Assembly (NCBI GenBank): GCA_964220215.1 | Contig: CAXPTH010000022.1 | Coordinates: 194-64,193, forward strand | Length of the DNA stretch: 64,000 nucleotides | Source: Alteromonas sp. | Lineage (GTDB): Bacteria; Margulisbacteria; Marinamargulisbacteria; UBA6595 | Direction of reading: 5' to 3' | Shown here: piece by piece, positions 1 through 7,810 of the stretch | How positions within the stretch are numbered: the first letter of the stretch is position 1 | Layout of the letters: each line of letters begins with the position of its first letter | The notes under the pieces: generated by a model | Told to the model about the DNA's origin: nothing | The model's database searches: none | Seen by the model: only the letters and a program-made list of their open reading frames with translations | Made by a program: the position numbers and the translations under genes

Positions 1-550
1 CACCATCGCCACGATAATACATCACCCCAAGCATATCCTGAGCATAAACAAGCCCTTGATCAGCCGCTTTTTTATACCATTCAACTGCTTGTTTGTAATC
101 TTTGTCTACACCATAGCCAAGATGATACATCACCCCAAGCTTAAACTGAGCATCAACAAGCCCTTGATCCGCAGCTTTTTTGTACCATTCAAATGCTTTT
201 TTGTAATCTTTGTCTACGCCTTTGCCACGATAATACATTCTTCCAACCTGATACTGAGCATAAGCATCCCCTTGATCAGCCGCTTTTTTATACCATTCAA
301 CTGCTTGTTTGTAATCTTTGTCTACACCTTTGCCAAAATAATACATTATTCCAAGCTTAGTCTGAGAATCAGCATGCCCTTGATCCGCAGCTTTTTTGAA
401 CCACTCAAATGCTTGGGGTATGTCTTTATTGCGCACATAAACCATCCCCCTCTCAAAAGCCTCATTTCCTTCACTGGAGTTATCAGCTAAGGAAATCCCA
501 GTGAAAAAAACAACAAAAAGGATGAAAGTAGTTATTAAGGTTTGTTTCAT
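1..550 (-). CDS. Secreted Sel1-like repeat (SLR) protein; 3' end runs off the window
   Basis: Minus-strand ATG at 550. Translation MKQTLITTFILFVVFFTGISLA (signal-peptide-like) is followed by at least 4.5 tandem 36-aa units matching the Sel1 consensus (G.MY..G.GV.KDYK.A.EWYKKAADQG). It is missing from the ORF track because it is open at the window edge. ORF 56..490(+) is its antisense shadow. Confidence 0.85.
   Translation of the reverse strand, partial: MKQTLITTFILFVVFFTGISLADNSSEGNEAFERGMVYVRNKDIPQAFEWFKKAADQGHADSQTKLGIMYYFGKGVDKDYKQAVEWYKKAADQGDAYAQYQVGRMYYRGKGVDKDYKKAFEWYKKAADQGLVDAQFKLGVMYHLGYGVDKDYKQAVEWYKKAADQGLVYAQDMLGVMYYRGDG
53..328 (-). repeat. Coding tandem repeat, 108-bp unit with a 216-bp higher-order unit
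   Basis: The 60-nt stretch 53..112 is repeated exactly at 269..328, an offset of 216 bp or two Sel1 units. Neighbouring units are diverged copies. Confidence 0.85.
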
Positions 551-582
551 ATCAATATAGTATACTACAGCTCAAATTTATA

Positions 583-802
583 TTATTCCCTGTTTGCAAA
601 CAAACTTGCGTTCAACTGACGGCCCATAAACGCTTTACCATTCAAGGCGTTGATGGCCTCAGCTTCTTCGGAGTCAGCACTCATTTCTACAAAACAAAAA
701 CCTTTAAATAGATCCGTTTCTCGATCATGGATCATTTTTGTTAACTTCACATGCCCATAATCTGAAAACGTTTCAGCATATCTGATGTTTGCCAAGATTC
801 CT
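583..802 (-). pseudogene. RRM RNA-binding protein, C-terminal (RNP1) fragment
   Basis: Minus-strand translation ILANIRYAETFSDYGHVKLTKMIHDRETDLFKGFCFVEMSADSEEAEAINALNGKAFMGRQLN. RNP1 octamer KGFCFVEM is present; the RNP2/helix-1 region is shortened and degenerate. The rest of track ORF 583..1023 (803..1023) reads through inverted-repeat DNA with no RRM similarity. Confidence 0.7.
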
Positions 803-857
803 TTAAAATCAATTAGCTTTTGGCAAATATGGGTCGAGTGAGGGCACGAGCGAGCCA

Positions 858-966
858 GATATACTGTGTTAGGCGACCCGAGCGGAGCGATAGCGAAGTG
901 AGAATGCAATGTGGCTTTAGCGTATTTCCAAGTCTCTTTTATTATTTGTTCGAGTGAAAAATTTTC
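858..966 (+). repeat. Left terminal inverted repeat (three modules plus a 46-nt insert)
   Basis: Modules are gatatactgtgttaggcga (858..876), tatttccaagtctcttt (923..939) and cgagtgaaaaattttc (951..966). The last two are exact reverse complements of 3329..3345 and 3298..3313. Confidence 0.8.
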
Positions 967-1024
967 GTTTTTGGCGAAGGGCAGAGGGGAATTAAAGGGG
1001 TGAATGCTCGTAGTCCAAAACACC

Positions 1025-2278
1025 TTATTCTTGTTCTGTGTACAGATTGTAAAATAAATGATGTATTTCTACCTCTTTTGTATCTCCTTCAACAGAATGA
1101 CGAGAGACAAAGTGAGTTTCATTTACTTTTCTATAGCCTCCATTATACGATTCATTATCTTCTAAGATTTTCTTTATTTGCTCTAATATTTCAGAGAAAT
1201 TTTTATTCCTAGAAAAAGTTATCATTACACCAAAATTATGCCTCCAAGTTAGGTATCCTCTAAGTTGATTAATAGTGGAATGATACAAATTTGCTCCTTT
1301 CCAAATTTTACACTCAAATACAAGAATATTTCCTTTATCAATGTTTAGATAAATATCAGTTTTACCATTGTTTGAAAAAGTCTCTCCTGTAGCTTTTCCT
1401 TCAAAAATTGAATTTAGGTTTACTAATAAAACATCTCTTAATGCCTCTTCTCCCATGCTTTCATAAGATTTTGGAGTCTTTTCAAATTGCTTACCTTGGT
1501 TATCTAAAAAAGAAATAATATCTAATACTTTTGCTTGATCTAAACTATACTCTTCTGGTTGTGTTGGTGTTGGTTTTACTTTTCTTATAATAGGTTTTTG
1601 AGATAATTCAATTTTTCTAGCTGTTGGATCTTCCTTCTTTTTTAGAGATATATTTATCTTCTTTGTTAATGATGACAATTTTTCCTTATCTTGATTTAAT
1701 TTATTTGCTCTATCTGAAATAAAACTAAATATATTACTTTTTAGTTTAGAGTTTTCATTTTCTATATCTTTATTTTTCCATAAAATTAGTTTTTTTACTC
1801 TATTTATTTGAGAGTCTAGATTTTGTGGAATTTGGTCTTCATTTAGAGAAAATCCGTAGCCTTTAGTTTCCAAAGAAAAAGTTATCTTGTTTGGAGTAAA
1901 AGAAAAATCTTTTTCTGAATAGCCAATTGAAAAAGTAGAAGATTGTAACTCTGCGATATCTCTTATTCTTTCATTTTGAATAATAGGAATTTCAACATCT
2001 ATTTTTTCACATTCAAAATCTAAATCTCCTTGAGATTGATACAACCATTCTCTTCCATGTGTATGAATAGTCTCTATGTACTTTTTCAGATCCCATGTAA
2101 TTTCTTGAGTTTTATCAAATAAGATTGGTTGTAAGCAATATTTATCAAGATAGTATTGAGTTAACTCTTCTATGTTTGTTCCGATTATAGTTGCGTCACT
2201 TTCTCTTAAAATTTCACTCATCACCTTTTCAAAAGACGTTCTGTAATAATCTGATATTGACGCTCTGTTTGTAAACAT
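1025..2278 (-). CDS. Uncharacterised protein with a C-terminal PD-(D/E)xK nuclease-like motif
   Basis: 417-aa ORF. The C-terminal segment EEALRDVLL...GKTDIYLNIDKGNILVFECKIWKG...INQLRGYL fits the E...D...E-x-K restriction-endonuclease-fold pattern. The N-terminal region of about 280 aa has a Lys/Asn-rich coiled-coil-like linker and no motif I recognise. Confidence 0.6.
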   Translation of the reverse strand: MFTNRASISDYYRTSFEKVMSEILRESDATIIGTNIEELTQYYLDKYCLQPILFDKTQEITWDLKKYIETIHTHGREWLYQSQGDLDFECEKIDVEIPIIQNERIRDIAELQSSTFSIGYSEKDFSFTPNKITFSLETKGYGFSLNEDQIPQNLDSQINRVKKLILWKNKDIENENSKLKSNIFSFISDRANKLNQDKEKLSSLTKKINISLKKKEDPTARKIELSQKPIIRKVKPTPTQPEEYSLDQAKVLDIISFLDNQGKQFEKTPKSYESMGEEALRDVLLVNLNSIFEGKATGETFSNNGKTDIYLNIDKGNILVFECKIWKGANLYHSTINQLRGYLTWRHNFGVMITFSRNKNFSEILEQIKKILEDNESYNGGYRKVNETHFVSRHSVEGDTKEVEIHHLFYNLYTEQE

Positions 2279-2305
2279 ATTTAGTGATAATTTTAAAAAC
2301 TAATT

Positions 2306-3190
2306 TCACTCAAAAAAGTCTTCATCAATTTCTTTGACCTCATAAACATTGCTTACTTGAACTCCAACTCCATATTGGTGCATTAAATCAACAAGTTTGT
2401 TTCCATCAATAAGAATTATTTTATGATGTGCTTCACGTGCTTTCTTGATTGCTGAATCGTCAAAAGTAGAGGTAGTTACAAAAATGCCCTTTGTAGTATC
2501 TCCGCTCATTGCTCCAATAAAATTGCGGATTTCTTTTTCACGGACTTTGTTTTCGTTATAACGTTTTGCTTGAATATAGATTTTTTCAAGTCCTAGTTTG
2601 TCTTCATTGATAATTCCATCAATTCCACCATCTCCCGATTTTGCAGTTTCTACAAAATCTCCATACCCCATTTTTTTAAGAAGAATCAAAATAACTTTTT
2701 CAAAATAGTATGGATCAATATCTTTCAATCTTTCTAGCAGGTCTGTTTTTACTTGAGCTTCAATGGTTGCAAAACCAGAATCAATTAAGTCTTGAGGAGA
2801 GGCATTATCAACTGATATTTTCTCAATTTCATTTTCTTTTTTGCTTTTTTGGGCTTCACGATGAGATATAAAGTCAGAATCGCTTTGGAGATCATCTAAA
2901 GTTAATTTTCCAGTTTTTAAAGCTTGTTTTCCTTTCTCTGTGATTTTTACCATTCCACGTTTTGGATAATCAACAAATTTGCCCATTTTTAAATAAGATT
3001 TACCCCAACCAATACGATCAAGTAAGACATTCGCCCCAGTACTTGTTTTTTGATCAAGTAAATCTTGTGGTAAATCCAAATAGTATTTATCACGAACACG
3101 AAGACCTAAATCTCTATGATGTAGAGATTCTTCAGTAATTAGTACTTCTAGTACTGGTATAAATGTTTCGTGATATTTAGGTAATTCCAT
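2306..3190 (-). CDS. mrr: Mrr-family type IV restriction endonuclease (Mrr_N winged helix plus Mrr catalytic domain)
   Basis: 294 aa. N-terminus is MELPKYHETFIPVLEVL...DRIGWGKSYLKMGKFV (Mrr_N-like). Catalytic region is SGDGGIDGIINEDKLGLEKIYIQAKRY (D...D...QxK core of Mrr_cat). Confidence 0.85.
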   Translation of the reverse strand: MELPKYHETFIPVLEVLITEESLHHRDLGLRVRDKYYLDLPQDLLDQKTSTGANVLLDRIGWGKSYLKMGKFVDYPKRGMVKITEKGKQALKTGKLTLDDLQSDSDFISHREAQKSKKENEIEKISVDNASPQDLIDSGFATIEAQVKTDLLERLKDIDPYYFEKVILILLKKMGYGDFVETAKSGDGGIDGIINEDKLGLEKIYIQAKRYNENKVREKEIRNFIGAMSGDTTKGIFVTTSTFDDSAIKKAREAHHKIILIDGNKLVDLMHQYGVGVQVSNVYEVKEIDEDFFE

Positions 3191-3274
3191 AGTTGTGTAG
3201 ATTATTTTGTAAAAAGTATATTCCTTCTGTCTTCATAAATAAATCGTTTTCGGAGCGATAGCGGAGAAAACTCC

Positions 3275-3412
3275 TTATTTCCCCTCATTAAAATTAAGAA
3301 AATTTTTCACTCGTTCCTTATTTTTTAAAAAGAGACTTGGAAATATGTCGCCTAACTGTGTTATATCCGCTTCTGTTGCCTTAAATGACACGTTCCCAAC
3401 ATAAATACTCAT
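3275..3412 (-). pseudogene. RRM RNA-binding protein, N-terminal (RNP2) fragment; 45-codon ORF
   Basis: AAGGAG lies 8 nt upstream of the ATG at 3412. Translation MSIYVGNVSFKATEADITQ (RNP2 IYVGNV) then reads through the right TIR (LGDIFPSLFLKNKERVKNF...) to a stop at 3275..3277. It is below the ORF-track length cutoff. Confidence 0.7.
3298..3367 (-). repeat. Right terminal inverted repeat
   Basis: The reverse complement reads gatataacacagttaggcga-ca-tatttccaagtctcttt-(15 nt)-cgagtgaaaaattttc. This is the same three modules in the same order as 858..966. Confidence 0.8.
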
Positions 3413-3574
3413 AAAGCAACACTCCTTATTTTACTCTAATTTTGAAATCTAATTACAATCATATCATTTTTTTGCTCTGTGATACATGTGTGTGGACGTA
3501 ATACAGTTGACTTGTTTGGAACCCATCCAAAGCTGAGAAAATATCTTGAAGCAATATGCTATGATAGTCTTTGA

Positions 3575-5650
3575 ATGAAACGTAAAGCATACGCGTGGGT
3601 ATTGGCCAGTATTTTCCCGCTAATCGCCGGGTTGCTTGTGGTGTTTTTGGGGGCATCCTTGGTATCCGTGGCTCATACTGGTCCTGTGGGGAGTGGGGCG
3701 GTGTATATGGGGCGATGGCTCATGGGCAAAGCGGTGTGGAGTGTGCCTATTTTGGGGATTATTGCCGTATGGCAGCGGTACGCAGCCAGGGTGTCGGCGC
3801 TGCGATGCAGTTTAGGCTGGGGTGTTTTGAGTTGGGGCGTGGCGCTGGGCCTGACCGGCTTGTGGGTGGACCCTTCGGCCATGTTGACGCAAACAACGTG
3901 CTGGAACACGGGGGGGTTGCTGGGGTTTATGACCTATCGGGTTCTTGTGGTCAGCGTGGGGCTATGGGGCGTGTGGCTCATGAGTGCCATATGTGGGATT
4001 GGGGGGCTCATGCTGTGGGGTGTTTCGATCTCGATGCCGGGATGGGGGCGTATCAAACAGGGCATTGTGTCGATGCGTGTTTGGGCATGGCTGTCCCGCC
4101 GACGGTCATCTGCGCAAGCGGTGGATGCGCCCCCAAAGCCCAAGCGGTCCAAACGGTTGCCCCCATCATCCGGCGTCCAGCATACGGGAAATTACCCCCC
4201 TATTGCTTTGCTGGATAAGCCCGATGCCCCCCGCACCACCACCGATCCCGATACCACGCGGGGGGATGCGGTTTTGGCTGTGCTGCACAGCTTTGGGGTT
4301 CAAGCTTCAGTGGCCAATGTGACCGTGGGGCCCAGTGTCACGCGGTACGAGCTCAGCTTGGGTCAAGGGGTTAAGCTCAGCAAAGTGATGGGACTGGCCA
4401 ACGATATTGCGCTTAAATTGGCGAGCCCAAATGTGCGGATTGAGGCCATTGCCGGCCAATCGTTGGTGGGTATTGAGGTCCCCAATCCCGATATTCAGTC
4501 GGTTCGATTGCGGCCCTTGATTGAATCCGTTCAATCGGATCCGGATAAATTATTAGCAGCCATGGGGCTGAGCATTACCGGCGAGCCGATTATTATGCAT
4601 TTGGGGCGCATGCCGCATGTGTTGATTGCCGGTGCCACTGGGTCGGGGAAAAGCGTGTGTGTGAACACCATTATTTTATCCATTTTAATGCGTGCGAGCC
4701 CGGATGACGTTCGGTTTGTGATGATTGATCCGAAAAAAGTAGAACTCAATTTATATGACGGGATCCCGCATTTGTTGGCTCCCGTGGTGACGGATTCGGC
4801 GCAGGCGGCCGCTACGCTGCAAAAATGGGTATTAAAAGAGATGGAGCGTCGGTACACGATTTTTTCACGCTTGGGGGTTAAGCAATTGGAGGGGTACAAC
4901 AAAAAAGTCACAGCCTTGCGTGACGACTATAAAAAGAATCCCAATAAAGTCAAAGCGGTGTTGCACGAAAAGTTGGGCTATGACCCAGAGGTTGAGGATC
5001 CGGTTTTGCCCGATGTGTTGCCCTACATTGTGGTAATTATTGATGAGCTAGCGGATTTGATGATGGTGGCGGCTCAAGATGTGGAGACCACCATTTGTCG
5101 CTTGGCGCAAATGGCACGGGCGACGGGCATTCACTTGGTGATCGCAACGCAACGCCCCAGCGTGAACGTGATTACGGGCTTAATTAAGGCCAATATTCCG
5201 TCACGGATTTCATTTTTCCTGCAATCACAAATTGATTCCCGAACGATTTTGGATTCGGGCGGGGCTGAAAAATTAATGGGTAAAGGGGATATGCTCTATA
5301 TGCCCGTTGGGACATTTAAACCGCAACGATCGCAAGGGGTTTTTGTTTCAGAAGCTGAAGTGGAGCGCGTGGTGTCGTTTTGGAAAAAACAAGCCAAACC
5401 CAGGTATCACGAAGATATTTTAAATGTGAAAGTGGATACCGTGAACGACTCGGTGTCAGAGGCCGAAGACCCGTTGTTTTTGGAGGCTAAAACCTTGGTT
5501 CAATCGCAGAAAAAAGTCTCGGTATCGTTGTTGCAGCGAAAACTTAAAATTGGTTATAATCGGGCGTCACGACTGATGGATGAATTGGAGGAAAAGGGGA
5601 TTGTTAGCGCATATGATGAAGCGCAAAAATCCCGGTTAGTGATTCGGTGA
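3575..5650 (+). CDS. ftsK: DNA translocase FtsK
   Basis: N-terminal TM helices; Walker A IAGATGSGKSVCVN; Walker B VVIIDELADLM; C-terminal gamma winged helix SVSLLQRKLKIGYNRASRLMDELEEKGIV. Confidence 0.95.
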   Translation: MKRKAYAWVLASIFPLIAGLLVVFLGASLVSVAHTGPVGSGAVYMGRWLMGKAVWSVPILGIIAVWQRYAARVSALRCSLGWGVLSWGVALGLTGLWVDPSAMLTQTTCWNTGGLLGFMTYRVLVVSVGLWGVWLMSAICGIGGLMLWGVSISMPGWGRIKQGIVSMRVWAWLSRRRSSAQAVDAPPKPKRSKRLPPSSGVQHTGNYPPIALLDKPDAPRTTTDPDTTRGDAVLAVLHSFGVQASVANVTVGPSVTRYELSLGQGVKLSKVMGLANDIALKLASPNVRIEAIAGQSLVGIEVPNPDIQSVRLRPLIESVQSDPDKLLAAMGLSITGEPIIMHLGRMPHVLIAGATGSGKSVCVNTIILSILMRASPDDVRFVMIDPKKVELNLYDGIPHLLAPVVTDSAQAAATLQKWVLKEMERRYTIFSRLGVKQLEGYNKKVTALRDDYKKNPNKVKAVLHEKLGYDPEVEDPVLPDVLPYIVVIIDELADLMMVAAQDVETTICRLAQMARATGIHLVIATQRPSVNVITGLIKANIPSRISFFLQSQIDSRTILDSGGAEKLMGKGDMLYMPVGTFKPQRSQGVFVSEAEVERVVSFWKKQAKPRYHEDILNVKVDTVNDSVSEAEDPLFLEAKTLVQSQKKVSVSLLQRKLKIGYNRASRLMDELEEKGIVSAYDEAQKSRLVIR

Positions 5651-5842
5651 TCCACCCCCGACAAAGTGCATGATTTCAATGCAATCGTTGGGGGCAATTG
5701 AACCGGATTGGTTCGGTACAATTTGGTTGTTTTGCAGGATGCTGACATGATCGGGGGTTAAGCCCAGATGGTGGATCAGATCGTGTAGGGTATGAACCGT
5801 ATCGGGTAGGGTGTGCGAGTGTCCGTTTAGCGTAATTACCAT
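5636..5842 (-). CDS. thiS: ThiS/MoaD-family beta-grasp sulfur-carrier-like protein with a 4-5 aa extension past the GG
   Basis: 68 aa: MVITLNGHSHTLPDTVHTLHDLIHHLGL...ILQNNQIVPNQSG...NDCIEIMHFVGGGSPNH. It is collinear with E. coli ThiS as I recall it (INQQIVPREQW...DGDQILLFQVIAGG). Its last 15 nt overlap the ftsK 3' end. Confidence 0.65.
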   Translation of the reverse strand: MVITLNGHSHTLPDTVHTLHDLIHHLGLTPDHVSILQNNQIVPNQSGSIAPNDCIEIMHFVGGGSPNH

Positions 5843-6408
5843 ACAATTTGGGCGCTACGGGGTGGCCAATAAATAAACCACGCATTCCCAATAATGGCAT
5901 CCCGATGCACGGTTCCCCAGTACCGAGAATCTTGAGAATATCGCCGGTTATCCCCGAGCATAAAAAAATGGTTCTCGGGTATTGTGATTTCAGCTAGATT
6001 GCTGGCATCAGCTCGAACGTGCACACCTGGAAAATGCAGGGGTTTTTGATTAATGTAAACTAAACCGTTTCGGATGCTGACCCGTTCGCCGCCCAAACCG
6101 ACCACACGTTTTACAAATTCTTTACCATCCCCATGGGGGGATTTAAAGAGCACAACATCCCCACGGTTAATGGATGCAAAGTGGTGGGGCCATTTTAAAA
6201 CAATAATGCGATCCTGGATGGCCAACGTGGGAATCATAGAGCCGGATACCACTTTCGAGGATTGGACGAGCCAATCACGAATGCCCAGCACCAGCAATAC
6301 CGAGACTAAACACACCTCAGCGTAATGCACAAACGTGGAGCAGGGTTTTGGCAATGCCTGTTTGCGGGTTTGCCAGTCTTGATACGCATGTCGCATGAAT
6401 CGAATCAT
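5836..6408 (-). CDS. lepB: Signal peptidase I
   Basis: Motifs SGSMIPTL (catalytic Ser box), KRVVGLGGE (Lys box) and GDNRRYSQDSRYWG. Start chosen at the ATG at 6408 (MIRFMRHAY...) rather than track start 6501, which overlaps ktrB; the start is uncertain. Confidence 0.85.
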   Translation of the reverse strand: MIRFMRHAYQDWQTRKQALPKPCSTFVHYAEVCLVSVLLVLGIRDWLVQSSKVVSGSMIPTLAIQDRIIVLKWPHHFASINRGDVVLFKSPHGDGKEFVKRVVGLGGERVSIRNGLVYINQKPLHFPGVHVRADASNLAEITIPENHFFMLGDNRRYSQDSRYWGTVHRDAIIGNAWFIYWPPRSAQIVW

Positions 6409-6475
6409 CGGTGTTAATATGGTACCATGGTGACGTTGTGATCGGCTACACAAAAAATAGTATAAACACACGCGC

Positions 6476-7810
6476 ATGAGACGGTGGCAGCCCACACCCA
6501 TTCAAATTCTAGTGTTGGGGTATGTGGTTATGATTGCCATTGGCTCGGGGCTGTTAATGTTGCCAATATCGGTGGTGGCTCCCATTCCATATAGTGATGC
6601 GTTGTTTACGGCGACGTCGGCTTTATGCGTGACGGGCTTGGTCGTCAACGATGTTTCGACTGTATTTTCTCGCGTTGGTCAGGTGTTTATTTTATTGATG
6701 ATTCAATTGGGGGGATTGGGCATTATGTCTTTATCGGCCTTTGTGGCCTTGTTGCTGAAGAAAAAATTGTCGCAGCAGCAGGTGGTGTTTTTTCAGTCGG
6801 GCGTGGATGATCAAAACCAAGCCAATGTGCTTAAAATTATCCGAGCCATTGTGGGGTTGACCATTGCGGTAGAATGCATCGGTGCTTTGTTGCTATTTTT
6901 GCATTGGTATGGCCAAGGTTATGGGTTCTCAAACAGTTTGTTTTATGGGGTTTTTCATGCGGTTTCCGCATTTTGCAACGCCGGATTTACGTTATTTTCG
7001 GATAATTTTTATCAGTATGTTGACCATGGGTTTTTGTTGATTGTTATTGCGACATTGGTGGCTTTGGGGGGGCTGGGATTTCCCGTGCTGTACAACGTGT
7101 TGCAGGTTATTAAAGTCAAGTTTATTCCCGGGCGCGTGGCACGGGTAACGCCCAATAGCAAGTTGGTTTTATGGACCAGTTTTTGGTTGATTGTGGGAGC
7201 CGCGGGTATGATTTTTATTGCGGAGCGCAACCATGCTTTTGTTGGCTTGGCGGTTCCGGATCAAGTGGTGAATGCGTTTTTTTATTCGATATCGGCACGC
7301 ACGGCCGGGTTTTCAACCTTGGATATGAACCTGTTTCATCCGGCTATTTTATTGCTGATTATGGGGTTGATGTATGTGGGAACGGCGCCCGGATCCACCG
7401 GTGGGGGAATTCGGATTACAACCATGGTTGTGATGCTGGGTAATTTGGTTCAGGTGGTTCGGGGCTATGAGCATTTGAATTTATTTTATCGGCGGGTGTC
7501 CTTGCGAACCTATCGGTATGCGTTATCGATTGCGATGCTGTCCATTTTAATTGTGGGGTCCTTTTTGACGTTGCTGATTTCGACCCAAACAGGCGAGTGG
7601 CTGCCCATAACGTTTGAGGTAGTATCGGCGTTTGGTACGGCGGGTTTGTCGATGGGATTAACCGAATCCCTGTCAATTTTGGGAAAATTCTTTATAATAG
7701 TACTCATGATGATTGGTCGTGTGGGCGCATTAAGTTTTTTGCTGGTGTTTTCAGGTCGCCGGAAGACAGCGGCGGTCACATACCCTGAAGAGCATATTTC
7801 AGTCGTATGA
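6476..7810 (+). CDS. ktrB: K+ uptake membrane subunit KtrB/TrkH family
   Basis: 444 aa, polytopic, with repeated pore-loop-like segments (LCVTGL, QLGGLGI, CNAGFT, TAGFST, GTAGLS). Confidence 0.85.
   Translation: MRRWQPTPIQILVLGYVVMIAIGSGLLMLPISVVAPIPYSDALFTATSALCVTGLVVNDVSTVFSRVGQVFILLMIQLGGLGIMSLSAFVALLLKKKLSQQQVVFFQSGVDDQNQANVLKIIRAIVGLTIAVECIGALLLFLHWYGQGYGFSNSLFYGVFHAVSAFCNAGFTLFSDNFYQYVDHGFLLIVIATLVALGGLGFPVLYNVLQVIKVKFIPGRVARVTPNSKLVLWTSFWLIVGAAGMIFIAERNHAFVGLAVPDQVVNAFFYSISARTAGFSTLDMNLFHPAILLLIMGLMYVGTAPGSTGGGIRITTMVVMLGNLVQVVRGYEHLNLFYRRVSLRTYRYALSIAMLSILIVGSFLTLLISTQTGEWLPITFEVVSAFGTAGLSMGLTESLSILGKFFIIVLMMIGRVGALSFLLVFSGRRKTAAVTYPEEHISVV

Larger units (their letters stand above)
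858..3367 (-). mobile_element. Low-GC two-gene cassette bounded by modular terminal inverted repeats, inserted in or next to an RRM gene
   Basis: Imperfect TIRs at 858..966 and 3298..3367. Interior is about 23-30% GC by spot counts versus about 50-60% in flanking genes. Cargo is the CDSs 1025..2278 and 2306..3190, on the same strand as the disrupted gene. No transposase or integrase is visible. Confidence 0.55.

Noticed and set aside
56-490. 144-aa plus-strand ORF with an internally repetitive sequence
   Set aside because: It is the antisense reading of the Sel1-repeat gene. The minus strand gives a signal peptide plus textbook Sel1 units, whereas the plus-strand product is low-complexity nonsense.
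1-550. Regularly spaced repeats that might be a CRISPR array
   Set aside because: The repeats are contiguous 108-bp in-frame coding units with no unique spacers, and no cas genes occur in the window.
803-1023. N-terminal 70 aa of track ORF 583..1023
   Set aside because: This part reads through the left terminal inverted repeat and flanking GC-rich motif. It has no RRM similarity. Only 583..802 looks like genuine, fragmentary coding sequence.
858-3367. Group I/II intron or intein as the explanation for the split RRM gene
   Set aside because: No reverse transcriptase/maturase, LAGLIDADG/HNH homing endonuclease or intein splicing blocks are present, and the cargo is two nuclease-fold defence-type genes. 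RNA-level joining cannot be excluded from sequence alone, so it is left as a test under the finding.
3595-4322. Several 70-200-aa ORFs in alternative frames and strands over the ftsK 5' region
   Set aside because: These are typical GC-rich shadow ORFs inside a gene whose own frame gives TM helices continuous with the FtsK motor.
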